DNA of 64,000 nt. Origin: an uncultured Verrucomicrobiae bacterium. GTDB taxonomy: Bacteria; Verrucomicrobiota; Verrucomicrobiia; Limisphaerales; JAFGQR01. Below are positions 62,576 to 64,000 of this stretch, piece after piece. Positions within the stretch are counted from its first letter, which is position 1. Every line of letters starts with the position of its first letter. The stretch lies in assembly GCA_963788655.1 (NCBI GenBank), contig CAWBHS010000072.1:96001-160000 (forward strand). The letters run 5' to 3'. The translations under genes and the position numbers were made by a program. The notes under the pieces were generated by a model. It was not told the origin of the DNA. It searched no databases and was given only the letters and a program-made list of their open reading frames with translations.

Positions 62576-62953
62576 TCACGAGGCAGGCGGTTTCAGGAGT
62601 GCCCCGCCTATGTCAAACATGTCCCGTCCAACTTTGCCCAACAAATCGTGCTTCGATCCCCCGCCAACGGTGCGATGCGTGATGGCGGGATGCGTGTCTT
62701 CGGCGGACCGCTCCCGGCGGATCGAACCGCCACCGTCAAACATATCCCGCCCGCGCCGCCCCAAGAAATCGCGTTTGAGCGCGTCGGTAAAGGGGTGGCC
62801 CGGGGCTTTGGCAGGACTGACCGCAGGTTGGACGGTGCGCCCAGGGGTATCCGGCGTGGTTGCCTTAGAAATTGAAGCATCGGGTTGGGCGTTGGCCGAA
62901 CAGAGTCCAACTCCACCAACAAGAAGAATGAGCAGGTGTTTGCTTGTTTTCAT
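62576..62953 (-). CDS. Small secreted protein with a duplicated D[FL]LG..GRDMFD.GG motif
   Basis: Signal MKTSKHLLILLVGGVGLCSANA; DFLGRRGRDMFDGGG and DLLGKVGRDMFDIGG. Confidence 0.55.
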   Translation of the reverse strand: MKTSKHLLILLVGGVGLCSANAQPDASISKATTPDTPGRTVQPAVSPAKAPGHPFTDALKRDFLGRRGRDMFDGGGSIRRERSAEDTHPAITHRTVGGGSKHDLLGKVGRDMFDIGGALLKPPAS

Positions 62954-63053
62954 AGTATTTGGGATTAAGTCGGAGAGCTATGCCCTCCCAAAACAGTAGC
63001 CACAAATCCCCAAAGTGCCAGGGCTATTCTGCGACAGCCGAAGGTGGCATCGT

Positions 63054-64000
63054 TCACCACGCCGAGTCGTACCGCAGGTCTCCCATCCTTTGCCCTGCTT
63101 TGGTCCGGAGGACCGGCTTGCCCGCATCATCAATCCGGTCTGGCCCGATGCTGTACAGAACCCAATTCGTACCCGTGGGGCGGTAAACAAGCGGACGGCT
63201 GCTGAACGGGTCTGACGGCATTCGTTCAAAGTATTTGGGAAGAAGGTGTTGGAGACTTACCGGTGCGTTTCCGTGGTCGCAGCGGTAACGCCGCAACGCC
63301 AGTTCGGTTGTCAGCAGGCGAAGATGGGCGGCGGCCAAATCATGCTTTTCTTCGGCAGATTCACTGACTTTGCGGGCATGTAACCAATCTGACACAAGTC
63401 TAATCGGATTCGGATAGCTGCCCAACTGACCGCGAGCAAAGCGGTTTTCATTTACAATCACTTCGCGCCACGTGACGGTGCTACGGTCGATCTGTTCTAG
63501 TTGCGAAACCAGAGGTCGCATCTGGTCGCAGTCGAGTTTGGAGATGAGTCTAACCAGACGAATGCTTCCCATCGCCTCGCACGCGATCCCTACGAGCCGG
63601 TTTACGATAAGGCCGCCACGGCTCATGGCGGTTCCCAGACGCATGGAGTCGATGTAGCTGCGGGCGGCGTCCGGCCAACGGTTTTCCATCTCGGCCAATC
63701 GCCCTTCAGCGGAGAGTAGGTTTGCCAGTGATTTCAGCCCCATCAGGTTGCCAGTGAAGGTTCCAAAATTCGCAATGGCGGCGTCGGTCGGCACCGCGCA
63801 ATCGCGGGTCAGCCCCAGACGCAATAACCGCAACGCTTCAGCGTTGGTTGTTACCAGGGCCCGAAGCTCGTCATGGTCGAGGTCGGCAACGTCAACAGTG
63901 TTTCCAGTGATGGTCTGCCCAGCCTGAACGAGGTCGTCATACCCGTTCGGATTTGGCAGTGGCGACGCAGGTGATCGACCAAAAGTGAAAACGAACGCCA
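63054..64000 (-). CDS. Hypothetical helical protein with GspG-C-like tail; 5' end lies beyond the window
   Basis: Frame stays open to the window end (PLPNPNGYDDL...); C-terminus P.SL..L.PKY...P.DPF...L.Y......LYSIGPD..DD.G. Confidence 0.65.
   Translation of the reverse strand, partial: AFVFTFGRSPASPLPNPNGYDDLVQAGQTITGNTVDVADLDHDELRALVTTNAEALRLLRLGLTRDCAVPTDAAIANFGTFTGNLMGLKSLANLLSAEGRLAEMENRWPDAARSYIDSMRLGTAMSRGGLIVNRLVGIACEAMGSIRLVRLISKLDCDQMRPLVSQLEQIDRSTVTWREVIVNENRFARGQLGSYPNPIRLVSDWLHARKVSESAEEKHDLAAAHLRLLTTELALRRYRCDHGNAPVSLQHLLPKYFERMPSDPFSSRPLVYRPTGTNWVLYSIGPDRIDDAGKPVLRTKAGQRMGDLRYDSAW

Overview
GC-rich bacterial genomic window. The gene style (Tat-exported CAZymes, HzsA-like heme proteins, large Sec proteins ending in a 'W..Y.(I/V).(S/T).(N/D)L...FY' beta module, many GTAG/GGAG REP hairpins) suggests a Verrucomicrobiota (Limisphaerales/Pedosphaerales-like) genome; this is an inference. 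About 20 single-base frameshifts, mostly in short homopolymers and densest at 1-3700, split otherwise intact genes and most likely reflect long-read assembly error. Contents in order: a GH2 + GtaA(glutaminase A)-like fusion; two tandem SEC-C proteins, the second ending in a RelE/ParE-like domain; small asparaginase, PCD and MJ1316 genes; uxaA-like dehydratase, Tat isomerase and MFS; a type III PKS / methyltransferase / FAD-oxidoreductase cassette; a Tat-exported group-1a-like [NiFe] hydrogenase operon; nfeD; hydrolases, transglutaminase and an ABC exporter; an orphan nuoA behind a (CCCCCAT)n tract; an HzsA-like diheme protein; tyrA; two GH172 (DUF2961) genes and a GH116 with a CBM38-like insert; and a Liv-type ABC / porin / phenylacetate-CoA-ligase cluster including an apparently inactive ligase paralog. 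The best candidate for an undescribed system is the hydrogenase operon. It lacks a cytochrome partner and is instead followed directly by a ~1400-aa secreted protein whose N-terminal DUF2271 domain carries an ApbE-type flavinylation motif (DGYTGAT), suggesting an H2-to-covalent-flavin extracytoplasmic electron-transfer module. No rRNA, tRNA, CRISPR array or transposase was recognised.
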